A stretch of DNA of 64,000 nucleotides, taken from the NCBI RefSeq assembly GCF_009834535.1, contig NC_045697.1, positions 83,702,001-83,766,000 on the forward strand, read 5' to 3'. Source of the DNA: Camelus ferus (taxonomy: Eukaryota). The notes under the pieces were generated by a model. That model was not told where the DNA came from. It worked only from the letters and a program-made list of their open reading frames with translations, and ran no database searches. The translations under genes and the position numbers were made by a program. This document shows positions 40,163-53,235 of this stretch, one piece after another; the stretch's first letter is position 1, and every line of letters begins with the position of its first letter.

Positions 40163-43100
40163 TATTTCAAAGAGAAACTCTCATTCTGGATAGTTGACTC
40201 TCCCTAAACCTCAGTAACTCTGTAGTACAGCTTGAGAATGTTTATGATTGCTTACTTTTTATTTGCAAATAATAGAGCCAAGATTTTCTCTTTTTGTATA
40301 ACTCACTAAGTATCTACCATGGTTTGTTCCAAACTAAACTGTGTCATGAATGCCAACTCAAACTTTAAATGAACTAATAAGGAGCAGAGTATCAAGAAGA
40401 ATTATAAACAATAAACCTAATAAATAAACACTAGGTTAAAAAATACATCCTTATTCCTTCAGATTTGCCTGCCTATTGAACCCTCACATTCAAAGCTTAT
40501 GTTAGCAGCATATAATTTATAGGCAGGGGAAGAGTCAAAGTAACTGTCTTCACAATGTAGGTTAAATAATAAGAGTTGACATTAATTGGACACTTACTAT
40601 GTTCAAGTTCCTGCACTAACCACATTATCAACCATTCATTTAATACATATTGATATTTCTCAAACTTTGTAATACAGGCATTATTATCCCGTTGATAAGA
40701 GAAAAGAAGAGAAAACTGAGGCTTAGAGAGTTTAATTAACTTGCCTAAATCTATACAGGTAGTAAGTGATTAAGATCAGATCTAGGCAGGCCCTTAACCA
40801 CTATATTATAGAAAAGTCTTATTTTCACCAGAATTATCCTAATAGTTATCTTCCACCATAAATTTCAGTACAGACATTCAATTTGCCATTTCTCAAAGGC
40901 AAAGCAAAGATCTTAGTAGACTTCATTAACCTACAAAGCTGTATTAAACTGAAGGCTGGAATCAGACTTCAGTTAATTGCAGCTGTGCAGCCATAGAACT
41001 GTAGATATCAGGGACTTGTCTAATTTGAGTTCAGTGACTGAATTTAACAAGTAGATTTTCACACTTTAGCACCAGCTGAATATATATAGATCTAACCTGT
41101 TGAAAAGCTGAAAAACCAAATGGAGAATAATACAGTTAAGGGGAAACCACCACTGGCCACTGAGCTGAACACCTGACCTGGTTATGATTTTATCACCTAG
41201 GCAAGTTTTAGTGGCGTAATTTGGCTATTATCAACGCAAACTCCAGGCTCAGACAGCTTGGGTTCAAATCCATCTTAGTAGTTTACTGTCAATTTGACCA
41301 TTTGGGCAAGTTACGTAGCTTCTATAAGCTTTCTAAAATTGTTATGAGAATTAAGGGGGATGATTTTTGTAAACCATTTATTTGGGTCTGGCTCTTTTGT
41401 TCATTTGTTCGAGAGAGAAAGGGATCAAAAGAGTACTTATTAAAGAGAAAGGGGGAAGTATTAGTTCATAAACTGCTCTTCTTGAAAATAGTAAAAATAG
41501 TTATTTGAAAACTGCTGTTCATTAACAGAAACGTTTTTTGAAGAAGTTATGTACTTATCACGTAAGGCAAGTCACTTACTTCTTTTGGCTCAGTTTCTTC
41601 AACTATAAAATGAAGATAACTAATACTTGCCTCAGGGCAATCATTGTTCGATGAATAAATAAAATAATGCAATAACAGCAAATACCTGCTGTACAGGAAG
41701 TTCTGGATAAATGACGGCTATTAATATTATTATTAAAAAAACAAGTACAAGAAAGGACCTCTAAAGCTCAGATGAAGGAATATGAATAGAACGTTGGCTT
41801 TTCTCTACTACTTTCAATTGTATTTGGTCCCAGACTAGGTCACTAGGCTGTCTTCTGAGAAGAGGGTAGGGCAGAGAAGTTTAGACATGATTTAGTGAAG
41901 TCACGGGTTCAGTAACAGTTAGACTCAGCCTGCTGAGTAAACACAAGGCTCTCTGATCTCAAGTGGTTAGATACTTAAGAGCAAGCATAGCAATCTTCTG
42001 CCAAGGGAAAATATTCATCCATAAACAAAAATGTCACCTGAAAGAACTCCTACACTTCTGTACTTATTTTGTCGTGAAGAAAGGAAAAACAGATGGCTGG
42101 TTTCTGAAAATTTTGAGGTGCCCACCTTAGGTTTCTGTATGAATTCCTGAATAATAACAGGCCAGAGGGATTGGAAGAAATTCCCTTTCCTCACCCTCTG
42201 ATGGATACTGTTTCCACAGCTTCCATGCAGGCTCTGCCTACCTGCCATCCATTTTATTCTCCTCTCTTTCTCCATCACCAACTCTGCAAATGTCTAACAG
42301 GTAACTTTTCCATTGGAAAAGGAGGTGGGTGTTACAATTAAGGTAACCATTTATATGCTGAATTTACTAATTTTTTCCTAGCATTAGTAAATAAATTCTT
42401 TGTATTGTCACTGTTAACATCTAAATAAAGAGATACTGTGTTGTCCTGTGGGCAATGTAGACTGTGAACCAATGGACATTATACAAATTCTTCTCAGCCA
42501 TTTAACAGCCCAGACCTTTGCTAGTTTCTCTCTGAATTGCATCTGGGGGTGACAATGCCACCTCGAAGTGACGTTGTGCAGGGACGTGAAAAATGCTGTG
42601 TTGGCTACTTCATGGACACTCAACAGATAGTATGTTTTCTGTTTCATTTCTTCCCCTTTGTGTAAGCTCAAGGTTTGTTCAATATTATTAAAGGACTAAC
42701 AGTTTTTTCCCTCCCAGAGCATGTTGAGTCAAGACAGTTTCACAATCCAGACCGCAGTAGAACTGGTCAGGAAAAGTTACAGACCCTCAAGAGCTCACTA
42801 ACCTTAAAAAAAAAAAAAAATCTCACCCAGTGTGTATGTGAAGTCCAGCAAATAATGTGAACTTAATTAAAATCTCCGCTTCTTTGGGAAGGCAGTGAAC
42901 TTTCTTTGCCTTTTAAATTGGTAGACAAAGGAATTCAGACCAGATTAAAGTGTTGTCAAGCCTTTGAAACATAAAACAAATGAAATATTACCTCTAAGGA
43001 CTAAATTGTGCTCTGATGATTTTTCAAGTTCTCACACAGGAGTTTTAACATTTTTACTTTATTAAAAATATAAAACACTTCGGCTATTAAATTTTCTCTA

Positions 43101-44014
43101 TGTAGTTTTAGCTGTTGCTTAATGGCTGTATCTGTGGTAATCATCTCCATTTTCCTCTGGGTTTCAGATACCAACTGTGGCACCGACAACACTGTAGTTT
43201 GGGTTGATCGCTGGGATTCCCTACGTACTGCCAACAGTGGCAGTAAGGGTTTTGCCTTTTCTTCTGGAGCACAAATTTCTAAACCAAAGTTTGCTGACCC
43301 TGAGTGTCACCCAGTTTTTAGCTCTTGTCTTTACCTTATGGGGGCTCTATACGCAGGCTTGCCCTCTTTCCTCTAGACCCTCATAGAACAGTGCTGGTGT
43401 AAGGGATTCTGACTTTTTCTGAATCTTCTCCAGACCAAAATTGTCCTCTACTTTAATCTTCCTTTTAAATTCTCTTTGCATTTCAAAGAAACTGTTTCCG
43501 TGTGGCCTATCCTGCTGACTTTGTCTTGGACTTTTTGTCCTTTGTTTACTTTCTTTGGCCCCTGTGTTTGGCACTGTGTTTTCATTGTTGTTGTTACCGT
43601 CCTTCCAATGTATCCAGTTCATTGCTCTTACAAGCCTCTTGTACTTGCTACTCCCCCTTCAGAGAATGTCCCTTCTGTGGCTCTTCACAGGGCCAGCTCT
43701 TCAACACCTAAATCTCAGTCAAATATCACATCCCCGGGTAAGTCTCTCCACTCCCTACTGAAAACACGTGCCATCAAACCTCCCCCTAAGTCACTCTCTA
43801 GCCCGTTAAATTTTTCTCGTTCCTTCGTAGCACCTACTGCTATCGGAAATGATCTTTCTTTTACTACGTTTGTTGTCTGACTCCACACTCGGGAAGGTAA
43901 GCGCCATTAGGGCAAGAATCTTGTCACTTTTGTTGTCCCCACAAACCCTGCTGTTTGGAAGAGTGCCTGCGCGTAGAGACTTCACAAATAACTTCTGGGG
44001 TTTTTTTTCCTTCA

Positions 44015-44780
44015 AATATTTTATTTATTAACTTATTTATTTTGGTGGAGGTGCTGGGAATTGAACCCAGGACCTCATGCCTGCTAAGCACGCACTCTAC
44101 TGTTGCCAGTAGATGCAACTGGTGTTCCAGGTTCTTGTCTGGTCCCAGTCTCAGAAAGAATTCAGAAACAAGACATAGTGGTTAAAAAAGTAAAGTGAGA
44201 ATTTATTAAAGGATGGATAGTTCACTCTCAAGGGGAGAGCAGGCAGGCTCAGGTGAACAGATGCCCTGTGTTTCTTTGGCAAGTTAGTTACGCAGGGTGT
44301 AAAAATGAATGGGCGGAATATTCATTGGGGAGGGAAGGGTTTGGGGTCATATTCCCTGATTATCACCCCAACTCCACCTTCCCAAAGGGAGGAAGGATTT
44401 TTGTCCTTATTTAGTCTGGATAGGAAGTGTCATGGTGTCGCTGCATAATGGGTACTTCTAATCTGCAAGGCTAATTTTATTGAAATGACGGCATAATGAG
44501 CAAAAGGTTACATTCGTACACTGGAAATTCCTGCCTTTTCTCACCTTTCTTTGTCGGTCTCCAGGCCACTTATCACCTCGAAATATATGACCACTTATCA
44601 GCTCAAAGTTTCCTGCTTTTCTTTGCCCAGAGACCCCCTGGTGCTTACATAATGTATGGTTTCCTGCATTTGGCTTGTGCTCCTCCTTTCTGCCCAATCC
44701 CTGCCATTTGATCTGTGTCCCCCTTTCTCTGCTTATATCTAACTATGTGCCTGCTCTAACACTACCACTGAGCCACCCCC
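44015..44780 (-). mobile_element. tRNA-derived SINE (Vic-1-like) split by an LTR insertion
   Basis: ...GGAATTGAACCCAGGACCTCATGCCTGCTAAGCACGCACTCTAC ends at 44100 and resumes as CACTGAGCC at 44766, matching the intact copy at ~32540. Confidence 0.88.
44101..44761 (-). mobile_element. ERV solo LTR (661 bp, ERV1-like) with 4-bp TSD
   Basis: Termini TGTT...AACA. TSD CTAC at 44097-44100 and 44762-44765. AATAAA on the minus strand at ~44202-44207, about 100 nt from the LTR 3' end. Confidence 0.88.
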
Positions 44781-44839
44781 CAAAAATAATTTCTTGAAGG
44801 CATAAATGAATGAATCAATGACTGCCTTTATCTTCTTCC

Positions 44840-45151
44840 CCACCTAGCTAAATCTTACCAATTAATCAACCGATCCCATGCTCTGAGGCTGCTGCTCTCT
44901 CTTCTGAGTGAGACGACCCTCCTTCTGCCCATGGAATGTGTATCTCCTTGGCCTTTCTCTTGCCTTTTGAGATAGCCCACGTTCTGTGGAATGTGCATCT
45001 CTCTGAATAGAGCCGCCTTCACTCTTCTATGGCTCGTCTTGAATTCTTTCCTGGGCGAAGCCAAGGACCTTCATTTGGTGGGGCCTACCCTGCACTTGCC
45101 TGGGAACTGGGACATGGCCATCCTCTCTCACCCCATTTTTCCTGTGTCACA
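44840..45151 (+). mobile_element. ERV1-class LTR 3' portion (MER41/MER4-group-like)
   Basis: GGCTCGTCTTGAATTCTTTCCTGGGCGAAGCCAAGGACC resembles the recalled MER41/MER4-group U5. Ends TTTTCCTGTGTCACA; the left boundary is uncertain. Confidence 0.55.
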
Positions 45152-48112
45152 TCCAGTCCCATTCCAATCTGGGCTGTTGACTAACATCAAACTAAGGTAA
45201 GCCCTATGTAAAATAGGTAAGTCAAAAAGAAATCAATAAGCCCTGCACTTCTTGCTTTTCCATATTCTTCACTTTGGGCACCCTCCCGCCCTTATAGGAG
45301 TGCGCCTTTTAAATGGGATCTTGAGTCTGCTTTCCTAGGTGTGGCGGTTTTCAGCTATTCATGCCCAGAACAATGGCTGCAGGAGTACACCCTCTGGGCT
45401 GCAAACTTTCCTCTCCCTGCAGCTCCCTTATCACAAACACTGTCTCAGGACAATCTCAGGCTCTTGGTGTTTGCCAGCAGTTGATTTGGTAAATTCCTTT
45501 GTGCTAGACTAAAAGAACCCTCAGGGCCTCTCCTCTACCTCCAGTAGTCTTAATTGTAGCTTTGTAAGGTAACCATCCATTTTGGTGTGTCACCCAAAGG
45601 AATGAAAGAAGAGGTTAACATTCAAGACCAGCTAAGAAGTGAAGGTGAGTAACAGGCTGAGACAGACGCTTTTGAAGAGCAGCTTGCTCAGCAGCTCCAG
45701 TGCTTCTGGGTACGTGGCCAACAGTTTTCTCCCACAGCTTTCCGAACTGAAGAATGAAGAATCGACTCCAGCGCATTCTTCTGGGAAAAAAATAAAATGA
45801 TCCACTTGATGCTTTAGATTTTCTATGGTGATTTCTAAACATCTACATTCAATGGTTCTCCCCTCGTTGTTTTCAGCCGCTTTCCCCTTGAATGCTCTCT
45901 TTGTCTCTTCCCACGCCCATTTCGGTGATACTTCTTTTCTATGGAGCTTACTCAGCCTGAAATTGTTCCCCTGCTCCATTTGGATTTTCCTTGTTCCTGT
46001 ACGTGCTCTACCACTGGGGGAGAAAAATCCCTCTTTTGAAATCTGGTGAACGTGTAATGGACATACCAGCTCTGAAATTTTCCCCTCAGGCATGGAATAA
46101 AGGGAAAAACAGAAGGAAGGCAAGTGAAAGGAGCCTGGATCTCATCTTCCCTCTGTGGGGCAAAGGGGAAGACAGAAACCAAGCCCTCCCTCTCTATGCA
46201 AAACCTACGAACCTTGGAGTTTTCCTCATCTCCCCTGACGGATTAGACCCTTAATTATCAGTCTCAAGTCACTAGGCTATTAAAGAATTAGTTTGCCTTT
46301 TATTTGTGCTCTACTCTATTCATATTATCATTATTAGTATCGATCATAATAAAGAAAAGCAATGAAATTACCTGTATTCTTTGTTATTTAACTTTAATCT
46401 CTAATCCGTTCATTAAGTTTTTGCCATCACTAAAGTAGGGTAGTATAAAATATCAACACATTAAAAGATTAAGAAAACAATTGCATCTTTTAGTTAGGCA
46501 TGCAGTGGATATTTTGACATAGTAGAAGAGAAATGTAAGATTTTCTACGAAAATAATTGATTACAATATAGCTTTTTGTAGGAACAAAATGAAATTTACA
46601 ATTTCGGCTTTCTGAATCAAACAAAACCTTTGAAATTTAAATTATAAAATATGTGTGGTCTGATCATAAGATTTTATCTCAACTTTTCTAGAAAGCATGA
46701 AAAAATGCAGCTGCATTTTTTTTTACCTTAGTAACGTTGCAACCACTTTGTTGAAACTAACAATCAAAGAGAAGCCTTTGTCTCTGTCTCTAAATGAAGT
46801 CTGTAGAACGGCAGCATATTTCCTTGAGCTGTTGAGGATGGGCTTGTTGCTAAAGAGATTTGGGTTACTATTTAGTGAGGGTTAGTGAGATAATGAGGGC
46901 ACAAGGGAAATCTTCAAAAAAAAAGTTGCGTTTTAAGTAGACAAAGTGAACTTAGCCGGGAAGAGGCATAGACATCATAAGACAAGAGCTGGTTCAGTGT
47001 TCTAACAGCCCAGTGGTGAAATGTGGTAGGAAATGAATAATGTATATAAATGTGAAATAATTCAACCGAGAGTGCCAAAACAGTTCTCAAATTTCATCAT
47101 TTAATTAAGATGTCAAATAAAAAGATCAGGAATCACTTGTTTTCTAAGAAAAATGATGATCATAAATACATAAATAAATTCTAGTGGAGAAATCACATGA
47201 GCTCTATTTTGACCGGTGGCTTAAAGGTCTGCTTGTTGTTTTGCGCCATTTGGATAATAACAGTTCCCATCACTTGATTAATTCCTAGCAAGGATAAATG
47301 AACTTAATGTGTCCTCTCATTTAATCAATCCTGCAACCCTTGCAAGATTGACATTTTATGTGAGGATACTGAGGTTTGGTGGAGTTAAGTGATATGCTGC
47401 ACCATAAGAGGCGAGGCCAGGACTTGAACCTGGATCTTCCCAGCTGCCAAAGGGCTTGGGCTTCAACCACTGCCCTGAGCTGCCTTCCTCTGTGTAGGCA
47501 ACTTGCAGTGAGGACATGAGATTACTTCTGACCTTTAAACAGATGTGTACAGTACTCATGAGCTCACCAGTGAAAAACTAAACCAAAGCAAAAATATGAG
47601 AGCACTGAGGTTCTTAAACAACCTAAACAAAGACAACAGATTTCAGAGTCTGAGCTTTTTCTGGTTTCGTTGATTGGTGATGAAATATGGTTGAACTCGT
47701 GAGCCTCTCAGAAAAACAGAGACATTTGTGGGAGAAAATATGCAAAACATGGTAATCCCTTGGACTGTTGTTCTTATAAAATATAGCCATCTCTCTCAGC
47801 AACGATATTAGTCATGACTTACACATTCTTTTTAAAATATGTCAGAGTCCATTTAAAGTTCTAAAATGTGTTACTAAGCACAGAAATAGAGTAACAGATG
47901 TTATTACCAAATTAAGGGCTCCTCTCAGACATCTTTTATTGACAGTAGATTGGCATACAGGGACATTAAAGCCTTTGAGTAAAATGCTCCATTCTCAACC
48001 TAGAGGATTTGGTCAAAAATAACTTCTGAAGTTGATGTTTCAATTCCAACTATTCAATTCAAATTGACGTTTCAAACAAGTGGCTTTCTAGTTAATGAGC
48101 ATGTTTACAGTT

Positions 48113-48696
48113 TTTTTTTTTTAACATTTTTTAAAGAGTTATAGTAATTTTACAATGTTGTGTCAAATTCCAGTGTAGAGCACAATTTTTCAGTTATACA
48201 TGATCATACATATATTCATTGTCACATTTTTTTTCTCTGTGAGCTACCACGAGATCTTGTATATATTTCCTTGTGCTATACAGTATAATCTTGTTTATCT
48301 ATTCTACATAGGCCTTTCAGTATCTACAAATTTTGAACTCCCAGTCTATCCCTTCTCACCCCCCTCCCCCTTGGCAACAACAAGTTTGTATTCTATGTCT
48401 ATGAGTCTATTTCTATTTTGTATTTATGTTCCTTTTTTTTTAGATTCCACATATGAGCGACTTCATATGGTATTTTTCTTTCTTTTTCTGGCTTACTTCA
48501 CTTAGAATGACATTCTCAAGGAACATCCATGTTGCTGCAAATAGTGTTACGTTGTCAGTTTTTATGGCTGAATAGTATTCCATTGTATAAATACACCACA
48601 TCTTCTTTATCCAGTCATCTGTTGATGGGCATTTAGGCTGTTTCCATGTCTTGGCTATTGTAAATAGTGCTGCTATGAACACTGCAGTGCAGGTGT
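48113..48696 (-). mobile_element. Young 5'-truncated LINE-1 with perfect TSD
   Basis: [44 protein letters not shown]2 C-terminus. TSD ATGTTTACAGTT at 48101-48112 and 48697-48708. Confidence 0.93.
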
Positions 48697-48916
48697 ATGT
48701 TTACAGTTATTTTAGTTCTTGCTTAATGCTTTGTTTCTACTCTGCTCTAGAACTTAGCACATTCCTGCAAGTACTTACTTACATCTCTCTTCCTCACTAG
48801 ACTGTAAGCTATCAGGATGCAGGTGCTGGGTGTGATCCCTCTTTGTACACCCAGGACCATGAGAATACCTAGTAAGAAGTAGAGACAAATTTTTACATTT
48901 TAAAACATACACAAGA

Positions 48917-49136
48917 ACAAAGTTTCTCAACTTCAGCACTATTGACATTTTGGGTCATATAATTCTTAATTAGTGGATTGGGGGGAGCTGGGCTATACAT
49001 TGTAGGATAAATAACAGCATTCTTGACATCTATTCACTAGATGCCAGTGGTCCTCACCCACCTACCCAAAGTATCCCCAGCATTGCCAAATGTCCCCTGG
49101 ATTGGGGGAGGAATCACCCCCACTTGAAAATCATTG
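48917..49136. mobile_element. MER20-like hAT element
   Basis: TTTCTCAACTTCAGCACTATTGACATTTTGGG...CATTGCCAAATGTCCCCTGG...TTGAAAATCATTG. Confidence 0.75.
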
Positions 49137-49329
49137 ACGTGGAAGAATTCACGCACATGCATAGATAAAAACATGACGTTTTTACTTTATTAATTTACTT
49201 TTTCAAATCTCTTTGCATAGGCAACAGGTACACAGAATGTAAAAATCAAAAGTATGAAAGGATATATAGTAAAAGGTAAATCTCTCCCTCTCTCTCATCT
49301 CCCAACCAGTTTTCTGTATATTACTTTAG

Positions 49330-49697
49330 ACCTGAGATGTTCAACGGATGAGATGTGGCTTGTTGTGATTGAGATATGCTAAGCATAAAATACACAATGC
49401 ATTGGAATTTGACACAACATTGTAAAATGATTATAAATCAATAAAAAATGTTAAAAAAAAAAAAGAAGGAATAAAATACACAATGGATTTTGTGACTTAA
49501 TATAAAAAAGTGTAAAATATATCATTAATAATTGTTGCCCATTTACATGTAAGAATGATAATATTTTTGACACATTGCATAAAATAAAATACATAATGAA
49601 AACTAATTTCACCTTTAATAAAGCCTTTTTACTATGGCTACTAGGAAATTTAAAATAACAGATGTGACTTACATTGTATTTCTATTGTGCAGCACTT
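49330..49697. mobile_element. hAT-Charlie MER33/MER3-like element
   Basis: Recalled motifs AATTTCACC...TGGCTACTAGGAAATTTAAAAT...ATTTCTATTG.GCAGCACT. Confidence 0.65.
49400..49470 (+). mobile_element. 71-bp extreme 3' L1 fragment with 15-bp TSD
   Basis: Matches the 3' end of the 48113 L1 (TGGAATTTGACACAACATTGTAAAAT...AAAAAATGTTAAAA). TSD ATAAAATACACAATG at 49385-49399 and 49471-49485. Confidence 0.88.
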
Positions 49698-49871
49698 TAA
49701 AAGAAATTTTCTGTGGGGTAAAAACATATGAATATGTATGTAAATAAACAACACATATATTGTTTTATTTTATACTTAGCATAAATTGTAGCATATGGTA
49801 CTTAGTAGATACTGAATAGATAGATGTTCACTGATTGAATCAATAAATAATTGATTATATGTAATCATATA

Positions 49872-50083
49872 CAGTTGACCCTTGAACAACATAGCAGTTA
49901 AGTCCAAAATCTGTATAATTTATTGTTAGCCGTCCAAATATGCTATTCTCTGAATCCGAAGTTTCTCATACCCAGATTCAAGCAACCTCAGATCGTGTAG
50001 TACTGTAGTATTTACTACTGAAAAAAAAAAAATCCACATGTAAGTGGATTAAGTTCAAATCCATTTCTTTCAAGGGTCAACTG
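49872..50083. mobile_element. Tigger2/MER8-like non-autonomous DNA transposon
   Basis: Perfect 15-bp TIR CAGTTGACCCTTGAA...TTCAAGGGTCAACTG flanked by TA on both sides. Confidence 0.88.
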
Positions 50084-52477
50084 TATAAATATACACATAC
50101 ATATCTATCATATACATATATAGTGCTTTTTACCTAGGACTTTCACATATTTCATTTTATTTGATCCTCATAACCTCTTGATGTGAATATTTTATTATGA
50201 TCCTCATTATTTCATCTTTAAAATGGATATAATAACAATTGTGAAAATTAAATGTATCTATATAAGAATTTAGAGCAGTACCTATGAGATTACAATAATC
50301 ATATACCATTATCCTTCACTTCTTTGTTATGGTTATTGTTTTTGTTGTTGCTATTATTTTAAAGATAAGGAAACCAAGTCTCAGAGAGGAAAATGCCCCT
50401 AGGTTAAACATCTAGTAACGGAGCTGGTCCAAATCAGAACCCTGTGCTTTCACTTAGAAATTCAGGCACTCATCTCCCTCTTAGGCTGCCTCATTATACT
50501 CATTTAAAACCACAAAGAAGAAAACACATAGTGCCCAGATCTTGTTTTTTAAATCCCATTATAAAAGGGGCCAAGATCCTTGGCATACTGTGTATTTTCA
50601 GGTTAAGATTAGGGGAAAGTACAAGCTTTAAATACTTGGATGTGCCAGATAGCAAGGAAGGGCTCAAAACTATGGGTGTATGGAGCCTTGTTTCTGAAAC
50701 TGTTAGATAAATTTCCAGTAATTCCAATTATTTCAAAATATGAAGTCTAAAAAATAATTTTAAAAACCGGAAAATTTGTTTGGAATGTCAAATCACGTAT
50801 CTCTGTAATTTACAGGTTAAAGAAGTGACAATGGAAGTTGATATTTAGAACTGAATGAAATGAGTTTGCTTATCCAAATTTGTGAGATACAGCCATGACG
50901 GCAGTTGGAAGGAGTTACAAAACTGTAAAAACATACATTAGAAAATAACAAATATAATGGGACAAATTGATATTATGTGCCTTCTTATGTGATGTATTTG
51001 AGAAAGACGTATCCTCTTTTTAAATATTTCTGTTGAAAATATTTTGACTGCCTCTAATCATGAGGAAACAATCAGAATAATTGAAATTGTGGACCAATCC
51101 TGGATGCTTAAAAAATATTGGTCATGAAAGTCAAAGAAAAAAACCCAGAACATTCCTAGAGTAAAAGAGGCTAGAGAAATCTATCACCTAAATGCAATGC
51201 CTGATCCTTGTTTGGGTCCTGGATTAAACAAAAAAAAGCTGTAAATATTATTTAGGCAATTAGGGAAATTTGAATAGAATGTTATTATATAGTATTATAT
51301 TTCTTCATGTGATAATGGTATTGTGTTTGTGTAGAAGAGTGTTTGTGTTCTGTGAGGGTGACATGTCATGACTTCAGCAATGATATAGAAAGATAGATAG
51401 ACAGATAGATAGATAAAAGAAATGTGGCAAATGTTAACACTTGAACCAGGGGATGAGTACTCTGACAGGTGTTCATTGCATTGTGAGTTTTTTTCACTGT
51501 TTCTGAAGGGTTAAAATTTAAGAAACATTTGTCAAGCACTATGTGCTGGGAGTATAAAGATAAATAAAAAAGCTTTTCTTCCTCAAGGAAATCCTAGTTT
51601 TGTGGAAGAGATGACATGATCAAAGTGCTGTAGTATATGCTGATGAGTGTGCATAAATATAGGTGTAAAAAATATACAGAAAATAGGGAGGGAATTTTGT
51701 TAATAAAAATTACTAACATTATAGAAAATATCAAAAAATAAAGAAAAATTTAGATAATTAAAATTATTCTATGCCATCGCTCACAGATAATTTTGTTAAC
51801 ATTCTGTCGACTTGATTTCCTTCCAGTCTTTTTTCTAGGCTTTATAGATGCCTGCCTTCCTTCTTTCCTTCCTTTCTACCTCTCTCTCCTTCATGCTCTC
51901 TAGCTTCTCTCTTTCCAGTCGTGCATGGGCGTACTAAGTTGAAGTCACCTTGTACTTCCAGTTTGTTCTGACTTTTATGTTCATTATATCATAGAGTCTT
52001 TTCCTTGCCATTAAAATTTCTTTGAAACCTCCATTTTAATGGCTCCATGGTATTCAGTTACATTGCCCTCTTGCTGAATATTCTGACCATTTCCAAATGT
52101 CGTCTGTTATAAACAATTATAATAAGGAAATGATTCAGAGAAAAAGCATCTAGATGGTGAAAGAAAATGCTACTGTTAGTATGAATATCGGTGAGCTTGT
52201 GAAATATTCCTTTCACTCATTTTACAAAATAGCAAGTAGCCTTTATCTAATTTTCCAGTTAGTTTATAATCCTGTTATATAACTGGATGGTTTTTACTGA
52301 ATTAACTACTAGTGGCATTTTATATTAAAATGACAGTATAACTTAATGTAAGCTTATATATTCATATTAAATATTTGTAACAATGTGAAATTATAGTTCT
52401 TCACTTGATTTTTCAACTTCTGAAAGAAAATTTTAACGTAAAATGCATCTCTAAGGAAACATTTTCTATCACTGAAA

Positions 52478-52594
52478 TGGCAGCACATATACTAAAATTG
52501 AAATGATACAGAAAAGATTAGCATAAGCCCCTGCACAGGGATGACATGTAAATTTGTGATGCATTCCATAGTTTAAAAAATAAAATAAAATAAA
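52478..52594 (+). pseudogene. U6 snRNA retropseudogene, 5'-truncated by ~10 nt, with A-rich tail
   Basis: GGCAGCACATATACTAAAATTGAAATGATACAGAAAAGATTAGCAT..CCCCTGCACAGGGATGACATGTAAATTTGTGATGCATTCCATAGTTT aligns to U6 with many CpG-decay substitutions and a mutated ACAGAGA box (ACAGAAA). Followed by AAAAAATAAAATAAAATAAA. Confidence 0.93.
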
Positions 52595-52904
52595 TTTACC
52601 TTATTTAATATTCCTCTCCCTCTAACATTCCCCCTGCCCAAACTTCTCTACTATATATTTTATCCCTTTAAATGGAAATGTCTTTGTGCATTTATGTAAG
52701 TATTCTGAAAAATATATTACCTGAAAGATTCAACAGTTAAAGATCATTTCACCTGTCTTCTTGGGAAAAAATATAGTGTTGTTTGGAAAAGTTTAGAGAG
52801 GAAAATCACTCTCATACACCATTTATGGGAAGTGTAAATTGGTAAAGCTTTCTTATAGGACAATATAGCAATACTCATTAAAATTTTAAATGTGCATAAC
52901 TATG

Positions 52905-53235
52905 TTGCTATGGTCTGAAAGTTTGCATTCCCACAAAACTCATATGTTGAAATCCTATCCCACAAAGGTGATGGTATTAGTAGGAGGGGCATTTTGGAGT
53001 TGATGAGGTCATTAGGGTGGAGCTGTCATGAGTGGAATTAGTGCCTTTGTAAGAGATCTTTCTGAGCTCCTTAGCCCCTTCTGCCACAGGAGGATACAAT
53101 GAGAGATGTCTCCAATCCAGAGAGAGTTGGCACCCTGATCTTGGACTTCCAGCCTCCAGAATTTCCAGGCTTCCAGCCTTCATAAGCCACCCAGTCTGTG
53201 GTATTTTGTTACAGCAGCCTGAACAAACTAAGATA
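52905..53235 (+). mobile_element. MLT1A-like (MaLR) LTR
   Basis: TGCTATGGTCTGAA...CATATGTTGAAATCCT...GGACTTCCAGCCTCCAGAA...GTGGTATTTTGTTACAGCAGCCTGAACAAACTAAGA. Confidence 0.85.

Noticed and set aside
52478..52574. Functional U6 snRNA gene
   Set aside because: The 5' end is missing, the ACAGAGA box is mutated, and it shows CpG decay and an A tail, so it is a retropseudogene.
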